The position numbers and the translations under genes are program-made. The notes under the pieces are model-generated. The model made no database searches and was not told the DNA's origin. It saw nothing but the letters and a program-made list of their open reading frames with translations. From a virus, in IMG/VR virus record IMGVR_UViG_3300046808_001035: a stretch of DNA of 64,000 nucleotides; one strand, given 5' to 3'. Of the stretch, positions 30,001 to 38,656 are shown in pieces; the first letter of the stretch is position 1; every line of letters begins with the position of its first letter.

Positions 30001-30411
30001 CTAGTCTAGATTTTTTTTGAATAGCTCAAACAGTCCGTGAGCCTGTCCTGCGGTAGCCATAACACGTGCCCCTTTTTGGGAAAGGTCATCTCTATAGAAA
30101 TGAATTCTGCCTTTATATCTTTGTACGAAAGATTTTTTGAAGCTGTATAGCATACTGACTTCGGCCTTTACTGCACTCAAGCCTTTTCTGGACTTAGGGT
30201 CTTCGTCTTTATATCTGGTACGATACTCTTTATTGAGGTCTTCGGAGTCGGTGATCTTTCTAAGATCCGCAAGAATTAGTTTTTTACTATAATCTATAGC
30301 TTTTAAAAACCATGTGCGTCCTCTGAAATCGTTTGCGAGACGAGCTTCAGGGATCGAGGACTCAAACAGATCCGCGATATCGAATAACACATCTGATATT
30401 TTTTTATACAT
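30001..30411 (-). CDS. Hypothetical basic protein
   Basis: 136 aa, TAATG-coupled to the sigma factor gene. Confidence 0.7.
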   Translation of the reverse strand: MYKKISDVLFDIADLFESSIPEARLANDFRGRTWFLKAIDYSKKLILADLRKITDSEDLNKEYRTRYKDEDPKSRKGLSAVKAEVSMLYSFKKSFVQRYKGRIHFYRDDLSQKGARVMATAGQAHGLFELFKKNLD

Positions 30412-31043
30412 TACTTCCAGCCTTTCGACAAAGTTGAGTTTATTAATTTTAACCTATTACTGAGGGTGCTCACAGACAAATTTAACTTTTTTGCTAGCTG
30501 TGTATTATCTAGAATTGGTTTACCTCCAAACCCTGTTTTATGTTCGAAGATCAACTTGTCTTTATCTGACAGATCATGATAAACAAACTGAACCCACTCG
30601 TCATTCTGGCTTGAAAATAGAGTAGGGGAGTCGAACAGCGAAGAAATACCTGTACTAGTCTTCTTGCTCTTCAGCGTGTTAGTGACTGCTTTCACAGACA
30701 TTCCTGAGTGATGTGATAGCTCTTCTGTTGTTGGAGTGCGCCCGAGCTGATGTTCTAGGTCTTTTTCTAGCTTGTTAAGTTTATTTAAATCAAACTGGGT
30801 GTTTTCTGGTGTTCGCAACACAGTCCCATATTTTGTAGATAACCTTGAAAGCTTTTTAAGACTGTTTACTAGGTGTGTACTAAATTTAATGCCAGAAGCT
30901 GCGTTATACGTTTTAGCTGCTTCTCTAGCCAGCTTGTAAGCCTCTAGTTGTACGGTGATCAGCGGCAGATTACTAGCATATCTGGATGCTTCAAGGTCGA
31001 TAAGTTTCTTATTATCCTTGATTAGTTTTTCTATGTTATTCAT
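30411..31043 (-). CDS. Sigma70-family RNA polymerase sigma factor
   Basis: Region 2 (AAKTYNAASGIKFSTHL), region 3 (LEHQLGRTPTTEELSHHSGMS), region 4 HTH (LSDKDKLIF...QLAKKLNLSVSTLSNR). Confidence 0.82.
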   Translation of the reverse strand: MNNIEKLIKDNKKLIDLEASRYASNLPLITVQLEAYKLAREAAKTYNAASGIKFSTHLVNSLKKLSRLSTKYGTVLRTPENTQFDLNKLNKLEKDLEHQLGRTPTTEELSHHSGMSVKAVTNTLKSKKTSTGISSLFDSPTLFSSQNDEWVQFVYHDLSDKDKLIFEHKTGFGGKPILDNTQLAKKLNLSVSTLSNRLKLINSTLSKGWK

Positions 31044-31051
31044 CGCTTGTA

Positions 31052-32692
31052 TTATGAGAAAGATTTTGCGTAACCCTCACGAATTCCTTTTTCTACGCCT
31101 GCGTCATACCCCAAGAAGTCGTCGGAAGATGAGCCTACCGGATCTTTACCGAACCTACCACAGCAAAAATTAATGATAGTTATAGCCGAACCTACATTAG
31201 GAGGACCTGTTTCAATTCTATGCACTACAGACGTAACATAAAAGTGCAGATACATACCAGATTCACGCACAAACAAAACTCCTCCAGTTCCTGGAGCCCA
31301 TGCAGGGTTAAAGTCTAGGGTTATGGCACCTTGTCTATCTGTAAATCTCGCCTGGTAATATTTTGTTTCTGCAAAGTTTTTCATGTACTTTCCTGCAGAA
31401 CTCTCTACTTCTTTTGTTTTTTTACTCTCTCGTTCTGCATGGCTCTTGTTTGTGGTCTTTGCTGCATCAGCAAACGATATTTGTTTTTCGTAAGGAGAGC
31501 TCTCTCCGTCTTGATTAATTTTTCCTTTTTTAGCATCTGTAGCTTTCGGAGCTGTAGCAGAGACATCCATCCACGGATGCGCTCGAGTAACATACACCCC
31601 AGAGCCTTTGGCTTCGCCCGCAGGTGCCGCAAAGCAACCAATCACAGCTCTATCGTGTCCTTTTGGTCCGAGATGAGGCCCCCCTGTGTATTGTGGAGTC
31701 AATAAAATCACGCTGTTGACGTCGCGAAAGCCTACGTCATTAAAAGAATAGCTGCTATAGTCTGCGGGGCCTGCGCAGTTAACAGTAGTACTTAATTGTC
31801 CTACCCCAGGAGTATATTTATCTTGTTTTATAACCGAGTTAATTGGGACGATGTAGCTTTTGCTGCCTCCAAAAATAATAGAGCAACCTACTGAGGATAA
31901 GAAGTTTAATAAATTTTCTAAAAGAATAGAGGGTCCTCCTGCAAAGATATCCTTTACCCTTAACCCCACCGTACCCATCTTAAGACTATCAATCATGCCT
32001 GAGCAGCCTTCAAAACTCAAGTTACCTAAAACCTCAGAAGCTGAATTTAAGCTTTTCTGATACTGCGAAGAAGAAAAAATCTCTTTGTACGCAGGCTCAC
32101 CACTAACCATAGGGTCTTTGCCTGTGTAATTCTCCCAGCCTCCTTGCTGCTCTTTTATGATGAGTTTAAGAAGTTCAACGTAGAACTTTATAGGAGGTAG
32201 CTCTAGTATCCCAGGATTTTTCCCAGTTAAAGCGCACCACTGCTTAACAGACTCTGACTCATCTCCTTGGGCAGACGTAGTGATAGAATGATTGGAAATC
32301 CTATAAATATTTGTACTTGCGGGAAACAATCCAGGCATCAGCGTGGTGAGCTCTAAAAGACACTGAGCTTTGTGTTTAATTACTGCCTGGTAAGAGTTAT
32401 TTCCTACAATATTACTTATAGAGTAGCCGTCTAGAATACCTTTAAAGGTAAATGACCTGTTAGCTGACCCTCCGGAGCCTTTTCTGACTTTCACATTAAC
32501 ACTAACAGACTCTTCGCCAGTTCTCCTGCGTGAATCAATATCTGGAAAACTTCCACCTCCCACAACTTTAGCTCCGCCGCCAGATGGGCGTAGGTCTACA
32601 GCTGCTGAGGGTATTGACCCTACAGCCAGTGTTATAGTTACACCAATAGCCTCACCAAGACTAGAAGTTATTGTGACGTCTGTTGTAGCCAT
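31052..32692 (-). CDS. Putative baseplate hub protein
   Basis: 546 aa between tape measure and gp25; beta-barrel-like ends (FTFKGILDG; FYVTSVVHRI). Confidence 0.5.
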   Translation of the reverse strand: MATTDVTITSSLGEAIGVTITLAVGSIPSAAVDLRPSGGGAKVVGGGSFPDIDSRRRTGEESVSVNVKVRKGSGGSANRSFTFKGILDGYSISNIVGNNSYQAVIKHKAQCLLELTTLMPGLFPASTNIYRISNHSITTSAQGDESESVKQWCALTGKNPGILELPPIKFYVELLKLIIKEQQGGWENYTGKDPMVSGEPAYKEIFSSSQYQKSLNSASEVLGNLSFEGCSGMIDSLKMGTVGLRVKDIFAGGPSILLENLLNFLSSVGCSIIFGGSKSYIVPINSVIKQDKYTPGVGQLSTTVNCAGPADYSSYSFNDVGFRDVNSVILLTPQYTGGPHLGPKGHDRAVIGCFAAPAGEAKGSGVYVTRAHPWMDVSATAPKATDAKKGKINQDGESSPYEKQISFADAAKTTNKSHAERESKKTKEVESSAGKYMKNFAETKYYQARFTDRQGAITLDFNPAWAPGTGGVLFVRESGMYLHFYVTSVVHRIETGPPNVGSAITIINFCCGRFGKDPVGSSSDDFLGYDAGVEKGIREGYAKSFS

Positions 32693-33645
32693 AATAAGTT
32701 AATTCTGTTCACGTAAGCTAGCAGCAGCCCTACAAATCGGTAGGCTGTGTTATAATGCATTTTCCAGATGTTCTCATATGTGGCGTCCGCAGCATTATGT
32801 CTATAATTTAGCATAGCTTCTACAGCGTTAGGAAGGCTTTCAATCGTATTCATAAGCTTCGCAAAATTAAAAATAGGTGCTGTCTCTGAGGTGAAAGCCC
32901 AAAACCTTTCAGACTGTGTTGAGAAGCCTAAAGAACTGTCGTTGAATGGTCCAGATATAAAGAACGATAGTCCTGTAGCACCTACGCGTATTATTCTAGA
33001 GGTGTCAGGCGTAGTGCTTAGAGTTAAATTGACTTCCATGTTTGCAGGTGTAGGTGAAGCTATAGCATCTTCATTATAGTATGCTCCTTCTGTAGTAGAA
33101 AATACAAGCAGCTGTGAAGAGTTACCTACTTGTTTAACAACAAAGTTATTTAAATGATACAGCATGTTTTCAGATGCTATGAATTTACCTAGTAGGTTTA
33201 GATTGAAATTAGAGTCGCTGCTCACTGCTTTGGAATTTCTTTGCAACCTAAAATAGTTCTGCATATCTGCCAGGTTATAAGTAATTCTTGAGTCGTACCT
33301 ATATATCTCGTCAGCAAATGAAGTAGCGGAAATGATATTTAGGTAGCTATACAGCAAAAAAACTTTGTAATAGAGCGAAGAGTTTGACGGGAACAAAATT
33401 TCCCCGAAGTTAGCAAGTTCTCTAGGCAACACTAGAGGAACATGATCTTTCCAGATTAAAGGATTGTCTACTCGTTCATACCTTAAAGACATATAGTACT
33501 CATCCAAAGAAATCAATAATTCTCCGTCGATAGAAATTTGGAGATCTGGATCTTCGGCTGCGTCACCCAAGACAGAGGGAACCTGCATCAGTCTTTGGGC
33601 GGTCAGACTGAAATTTCCAAGCAAAGAGGCAAAATGGTTGACCAT
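32668..33645 (-). CDS. Hypothetical protein in the tail-tip cluster
   Basis: 325-aa ORF packed in the operon. Confidence 0.65.
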   Translation of the reverse strand: MVNHFASLLGNFSLTAQRLMQVPSVLGDAAEDPDLQISIDGELLISLDEYYMSLRYERVDNPLIWKDHVPLVLPRELANFGEILFPSNSSLYYKVFLLYSYLNIISATSFADEIYRYDSRITYNLADMQNYFRLQRNSKAVSSDSNFNLNLLGKFIASENMLYHLNNFVVKQVGNSSQLLVFSTTEGAYYNEDAIASPTPANMEVNLTLSTTPDTSRIIRVGATGLSFFISGPFNDSSLGFSTQSERFWAFTSETAPIFNFAKLMNTIESLPNAVEAMLNYRHNAADATYENIWKMHYNTAYRFVGLLLAYVNRINLLWLQQTSQ

Positions 33646-33648
33646 AAA

Positions 33649-34086
33649 TTAACTGTGGTTGACTATAGCGAAGTTAAATGCAAACTGCCCAAAAGTGTCT
33701 TGGTCGGCAAGAGCGCTTATCGTCGCACTAGTCAGAATACCTGTAACTGTGTAAGCTCCTAGGGTAAGTTTTACGGCTTTCCCTCTGAGGGTGCCTATAG
33801 CTGATGTTGCTCTGCTTAAACCTGGCAAATTGCCTGAGCAGTCGCAGTATAATATTCCTTCAGCTGTTACATTCCCTACGGCTTTGCCGAAGTGAATAAA
33901 CTTGATCACATCGTCAAACGCTAGAAAATATTGAAGAGTTTCATTGACCTGGAATGTAACCTGACTGTAAACAGCCAAACCTCCACTACCCACAATACTG
34001 TCAACAGCAGGGATTTTAACGATCTGTGCTCCTCCTCCTTGCCGGAAAATCTCTGATCCGTTCGAATTAAAATAGAAAGCTGGCAT
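33649..34086 (-). CDS. Putative tail tube initiator (tube-fold) protein
   Basis: 145-aa beta protein right after the tape measure; QYFLAFDDVIKFIHFGKAVGNVTAEGIL pattern. Confidence 0.5.
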   Translation of the reverse strand: MPAFYFNSNGSEIFRQGGGAQIVKIPAVDSIVGSGGLAVYSQVTFQVNETLQYFLAFDDVIKFIHFGKAVGNVTAEGILYCDCSGNLPGLSRATSAIGTLRGKAVKLTLGAYTVTGILTSATISALADQDTFGQFAFNFAIVNHS

Positions 34087-34093
34087 ACTTAGA

Positions 34094-37000
34094 TTATTTT
34101 AGGGTGCTGAGTGCTGTGGCTAGCCCGCTCAAAGCGTCACCTATACCGCCACCACCTTTGATTATATCTTTGAGATTATTTAATGCGTCAGTGAGTTCTT
34201 TGTTGGGGCCTCCTTCACTTTTTGCTTTATTCTTATCTATATCTTGAGCCGCCTGAGCTATGTTTCCTTCAGCTTCTACAAGCGCGCTCTCTAGTTTTGA
34301 GCCTTGCTTTAATTTTCTACGCTCTCCGGTTTTTTCGTCTCTGAAAAAGTTATTTACTCCTTTTGTAGGATTCTGATGGTCCTCATACATCTTTTCAATG
34401 GCTGCGGATCCTGTGAGCCCTTGCTTTTCGTAAAACGCAAGAGCGTCCTTAATCTCAGCATCGCTTCCGGCTTTCTCCTGAAGGTCTGAACCTAGATTAC
34501 CAAGTACTCGATTTTTTTCCTCACTCTTAACTCTTTCGATGTTTTTATCTGTCTGCGCTTGTACTGTAGCTGCAGCTACACCTTCAAGTTTGCCTGACTT
34601 TGCCAATTTTAGTGCGGCATCACTATCTAAGTGTCCTGCTTTTTTTGCTGTGCGTAAAGCAGCGAGAGACTTTTTGCCTACGTCATCCAGATTCTTTTCA
34701 TTCGCCTCAAGATCTTTTAATTTAGCTTTAGCTTCTTTTGCGCTAGATGTACCTTGTACATGGCGTAGATAGTTGGCCTCGTGCTCGTACTCCTCCATAG
34801 AAATATTTCCAGACAAATAAGACGCATCCTCGCCAAGAGCCTCAGCTTCAGCTTTGCGGCCTTCGATAAACTTATTCATCTCTTTGTCTATACCTCTCTT
34901 TTTAAGCTCAGACTGACTGCCTTGAGCTTTGGCTGAAATATCTATTATGGCTGAGCCAGCATCTCTAGCTTTTTGTACAGCTGCTTTTGTTTCTTCTTTT
35001 TTATAGTCTCTTGTAGCAAAGATGCCTCCCATCAGTTGTGCGCTTTCAGCAAAGTCTTTACCTTCCATGATTGCTCCAATCATCTGCTGAGATATAGGCG
35101 AATAATTAGCTGCATATACACGACTAATACGAGCGTCTGCCTTGGCCCGCTCATCTCTCTTTTGCTGAACTCTTGCGCGCTCCTCAGGGTCTCTTGCGGC
35201 ATCTGCTCCCCTGCGAGCTACTCCAGCACCATAAGTAGCAATCAGAGCTTGACCGCCGCCTTCTACTATATCGTCAAAGTTAGCCTGGCCAACCATAGTA
35301 TTAAGTATCTCTTCAGAAGTTTTGCCTTTATCTCCTTTTTTACGCTCTTCAGCCACTTTAGCGTAGTAATCTTCTTTAAACAAATTCCGGGTCGCTGCTA
35401 TCTTCCAGAATTCGTCTGAAATCATCTCGTCAGCAGCCCCTTCCACTGTAAGCGCAGTGGATTCGTTGGCTCTGCCAGCCTTGACAAGTATTTCGTTTTG
35501 TCCTGATCTAACCAGCTGGTCTCGATTTACTCTACCTTGCGTAGCCTTTATAATTTTATCGAAGCCTTCTCCAGTGTTAAAAGAATCTATGGTTAGCTCC
35601 TTATTCGCAATCATTTCTCGAACTTTATCAGCTGGGTCATATTCCACACCATTTTCATCAGTCATGGTACCCAGACCTTCAACAAGTCCCATTATACCAA
35701 AAAGCTGCCGACCTAATCCAGAGCTCATGAAAGCTTGCGTGCGGCTGACTTCGTCTGCAGCTATCGCTTGGTTTCCTCCTGATTGGCGATACTCTTTGGC
35801 TGTCATACCTGTACCAAAATCTGCAGCTTTGGTAACAGCGTTCATAGCCATGGTGGTTGTAGCTTTGCTGCTAATACCTGCAAGGCGCGGATTGCTTGCT
35901 GCGAGCTCTTTTGTCGCGTCAATAATTGAGAGCATGGTGTTTATACTAACTCCAGCTACATGAGCTGTAGCCTTCACATCACGCAATAGTTTTTCTGCAG
36001 CTTCGTTTCCTTTTGCTGTTGAAAGGTCCACAGAGCTGCCGGTCATCTCACTGATTTTGCTTATAAGCTCTGCACCTGACTTGTCTCCGAAAAGGGACCT
36101 CGCGGCGTCCATAGTGCCTCCAGCATTTTTTGAAAAATCTGCCATTTTACCAGCGATGCTAACCCCTCGACTGTCTCCGAGCATGCGAAGATTTGCGGAC
36201 TGCACATAAGCAGATGTGAAATCCTCTAGCTTAAACCCCATAGAATTTTCAAACTTATACCCTGTATAGCGCTTTTCTGCCTTTTGGGCGGCCTTGGCTT
36301 CTTCATAACCTTTTTCGACATCATCAAGCTCAGTATGCTTACGCAAAGCCTCTTTAGCTTTACCTGCACCTTTAGAGCTGATCCCGTCAGCAGAAGTCAT
36401 TCCTCGATCCTCGTCAAATATTTCCTTAGCTTTATCCTCAGAAAGGTTTAGCTCTTTTTCCATCCGCTTTCTAAGAGCTTTAATCTTATCGTTTTTAGTC
36501 TTGTCCTTATCGTCTAGGTTCCGTACGTCATCTATTTCAGTGCTTAACTCAGAGGCTATCGTGCGTCTCCGATTTATTCTATTCTCTAGTTCCTGGTCTT
36601 TATTACTGCGCTGCCCGAGTGTGCCTTTCTCAAACTTCTTGAGCATGTCTTCGGCTTTAGCCGCCACAATAATTCCGCCAACTTTTGTTTTCTCTATATG
36701 GCTAGAAGCTATACCTGTTTCTTTTAGCTTTGCCTCTAGCTTTGCATTGGCTTGGTCTCTTTCTACAAGCCCTGAAGCTTGCGCCAGGTCTTTTAATTCA
36801 GGCTGTAACGAGGATACGATACCTTTTCTAGCTTCTCGGGCTTCAGGAGTTTTAACATCACCTCCGGTGACTTCATACTTATCTAGGTATTCTCTGATCT
36901 TGTTGGCGTATGTAGCTTTATCTCCACTATTTCTTGCGCTCTTGATCTGGTCTGCAGTAGCTACTCCGTGAGCTTTTAGTTGCTCTTCTACTCGCTTATC

Positions 37001-37783
37001 TAGGGCGTCAGAAGTTTCCTTGTCTGAAGACTCGAGCAATGAAGATAGACTGCTATTAATTTTAGAGGCTGTGTCTGATCTGTTCTGGGCTACTTGGTTC
37101 TCAGTTAACCCTGTAGGAGCAACTTCGAGAGAGTCTATCTGCTTTTTAGACTCTGGTGAAAGTTTGCCGTCGGCCCCTCTGGTAACGTTGATGCCCATGC
37201 TCCTCAGGTACGCATCGTTTTCTTTGTTCTCTGCAAGATTTCTGATCCTGTTCTGAGTCTTTTTATTTATTTCCTCTCTCATGCCTCCAGGGCCTTCATA
37301 GCTCTGGGTTTTGTACATATTGTTCATCAGCGCCTCCATGGTACTCTCCGTCTCTTCGACGGTGGCACCGCTAGATCTGCCAAAATTACCCATAATGCTG
37401 GCTCCGCTGAGTCCTCCATATATCTGCATGGACGCAGCCATTGGATTTCCTCCTAGCGCAGGAGACAATAGTTTGCCCATTGCGCTGTCTGGCGAAGACA
37501 TGGCCATCTGACTTAATATGTTGGCTACAGGGTTCTGGTTTAGCCCCATCCTCTTAAAGAGCATGTTGTTTGAGCCTTGCGAACGTTGAAGCTGTAAAAA
37601 GTGCTGAGATCTCTCGCGTTGGATCAGGGCGTCATACATGGTCTGCCCTGAGTCTCTAGAAGGCATGAGGTTCTGTCCGAACATCATGGACATCATGAAG
37701 TTCATCATAGGGTTACCAAAGTTTCTCCCCATGTGGGAGAATTCGGTATCTGCTTCATAGCCTGGAAATGACTGTACGGACAT
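34094..37783 (-). CDS. Tape measure protein
   Basis: 1229 aa, helical and A/K/E/G/M rich, immediately downstream of the frameshifted chaperone pair. Confidence 0.75.
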   Translation of the reverse strand: MSVQSFPGYEADTEFSHMGRNFGNPMMNFMMSMMFGQNLMPSRDSGQTMYDALIQRERSQHFLQLQRSQGSNNMLFKRMGLNQNPVANILSQMAMSSPDSAMGKLLSPALGGNPMAASMQIYGGLSGASIMGNFGRSSGATVEETESTMEALMNNMYKTQSYEGPGGMREEINKKTQNRIRNLAENKENDAYLRSMGINVTRGADGKLSPESKKQIDSLEVAPTGLTENQVAQNRSDTASKINSSLSSLLESSDKETSDALDKRVEEQLKAHGVATADQIKSARNSGDKATYANKIREYLDKYEVTGGDVKTPEAREARKGIVSSLQPELKDLAQASGLVERDQANAKLEAKLKETGIASSHIEKTKVGGIIVAAKAEDMLKKFEKGTLGQRSNKDQELENRINRRRTIASELSTEIDDVRNLDDKDKTKNDKIKALRKRMEKELNLSEDKAKEIFDEDRGMTSADGISSKGAGKAKEALRKHTELDDVEKGYEEAKAAQKAEKRYTGYKFENSMGFKLEDFTSAYVQSANLRMLGDSRGVSIAGKMADFSKNAGGTMDAARSLFGDKSGAELISKISEMTGSSVDLSTAKGNEAAEKLLRDVKATAHVAGVSINTMLSIIDATKELAASNPRLAGISSKATTTMAMNAVTKAADFGTGMTAKEYRQSGGNQAIAADEVSRTQAFMSSGLGRQLFGIMGLVEGLGTMTDENGVEYDPADKVREMIANKELTIDSFNTGEGFDKIIKATQGRVNRDQLVRSGQNEILVKAGRANESTALTVEGAADEMISDEFWKIAATRNLFKEDYYAKVAEERKKGDKGKTSEEILNTMVGQANFDDIVEGGGQALIATYGAGVARRGADAARDPEERARVQQKRDERAKADARISRVYAANYSPISQQMIGAIMEGKDFAESAQLMGGIFATRDYKKEETKAAVQKARDAGSAIIDISAKAQGSQSELKKRGIDKEMNKFIEGRKAEAEALGEDASYLSGNISMEEYEHEANYLRHVQGTSSAKEAKAKLKDLEANEKNLDDVGKKSLAALRTAKKAGHLDSDAALKLAKSGKLEGVAAATVQAQTDKNIERVKSEEKNRVLGNLGSDLQEKAGSDAEIKDALAFYEKQGLTGSAAIEKMYEDHQNPTKGVNNFFRDEKTGERRKLKQGSKLESALVEAEGNIAQAAQDIDKNKAKSEGGPNKELTDALNNLKDIIKGGGGIGDALSGLATALSTLK

Positions 37784-37788
37784 TGTGG

Positions 37789-38154
37789 TTATTTTGCTTC
37801 AGACGCTTTTTTAAACAATTCTTTCCACTCAGCCATTTCTTTTTTAAGTGCCTCAGGATCTTGTTTATTTTCTTTAATTGTATCTTTTGGGACGGCTGAA
37901 GGCAATTTCAATTCCGTGATCGCCCTGGAGGTGTCAAAAATAGGCTGCAGAATCTCTTTAGCCTTACTGGATAAAGAGCTGCGTAATATAGTCTCAACCA
38001 GTAGCCTGTTTTGTAGCAAGTCGACGACATGCTGCTCCTCAATGTATTCAAGGATTATTTCTTCTCGAATACGAGAGTATCTATTAGGATAATCAAACTT
38101 AAGCCAGCCGCGTAAGTAGCCTTCTTTAAGACTTCTTATGCGCTGGCTTTCCAA
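37789..38154 (-). CDS. Tail assembly chaperone, -1 frameshift extension (T part of a G-T fusion)
   Basis: No ATG start; the frame is entered at the slippery heptamer 38160-38154. Confidence 0.75.
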   Translation of the reverse strand: MESQRIRSLKEGYLRGWLKFDYPNRYSRIREEIILEYIEEQHVVDLLQNRLLVETILRSSLSSKAKEILQPIFDTSRAITELKLPSAVPKDTIKENKQDPEALKKEMAEWKELFKKASEAK

Positions 38155-38651
38155 AAATTTGGAGTTTGTACCTCTCCTGTGAGTTTGATCAGCTTCGATT
38201 CAAACTTTTTGAACGCGTCGATAAAAACCGCAAGTCTTGCAGTAGACCAGGAGCGCATGCTTTTGCAGCGGGCAAGAATATATGTATCGTTCTCTGTGAA
38301 CGGTACGAACGTATCTTTGGTCAATGTACAGTACGGATTATCGTCGATAGTTAACAAACAGACGCCTAGACGGTATGTCGTAACTGTAATGAAATAGGCG
38401 TCAGTGTCTGCAGCCACGCCAGCTTTCCTATCTGCAACGATCTGATTAACGACATCAGTGTTTTCTTGTACAGTCATTGCTCTAAACCTAACCTTGATCT
38501 GGTCATCGAAAAGAGAAACAACCTCTTCATAAGGCTTGTCCGCAAGAATACTCTTGAAGAAGCGCTCTTTGTCCTCAGGAGAAATATCGGTTACTGGCAA
38601 TGGAGACTGATCTAATTCAATAGATGGATTGATTAATGGTTGGTCATTCAT
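38136..38651 (-). CDS. Tail assembly chaperone (gpG-like)
   Basis: Acidic 171-aa ORF ending PNFWKASA over a slippery site, upstream of the tape measure. Confidence 0.75.
   Translation of the reverse strand: MNDQPLINPSIELDQSPLPVTDISPEDKERFFKSILADKPYEEVVSLFDDQIKVRFRAMTVQENTDVVNQIVADRKAGVAADTDAYFITVTTYRLGVCLLTIDDNPYCTLTKDTFVPFTENDTYILARCKSMRSWSTARLAVFIDAFKKFESKLIKLTGEVQTPNFWKASA
38154..38160 (-). promoter_or_regulatory. Programmed -1 ribosomal frameshift site A_AAT_TTT
   Basis: In-frame CCA AAT TTT TGG gives X_XXY_YYZ; the -1 frame reads on into 37789..38154. Confidence 0.8.
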
Positions 38652-38656
38652 AGTTG

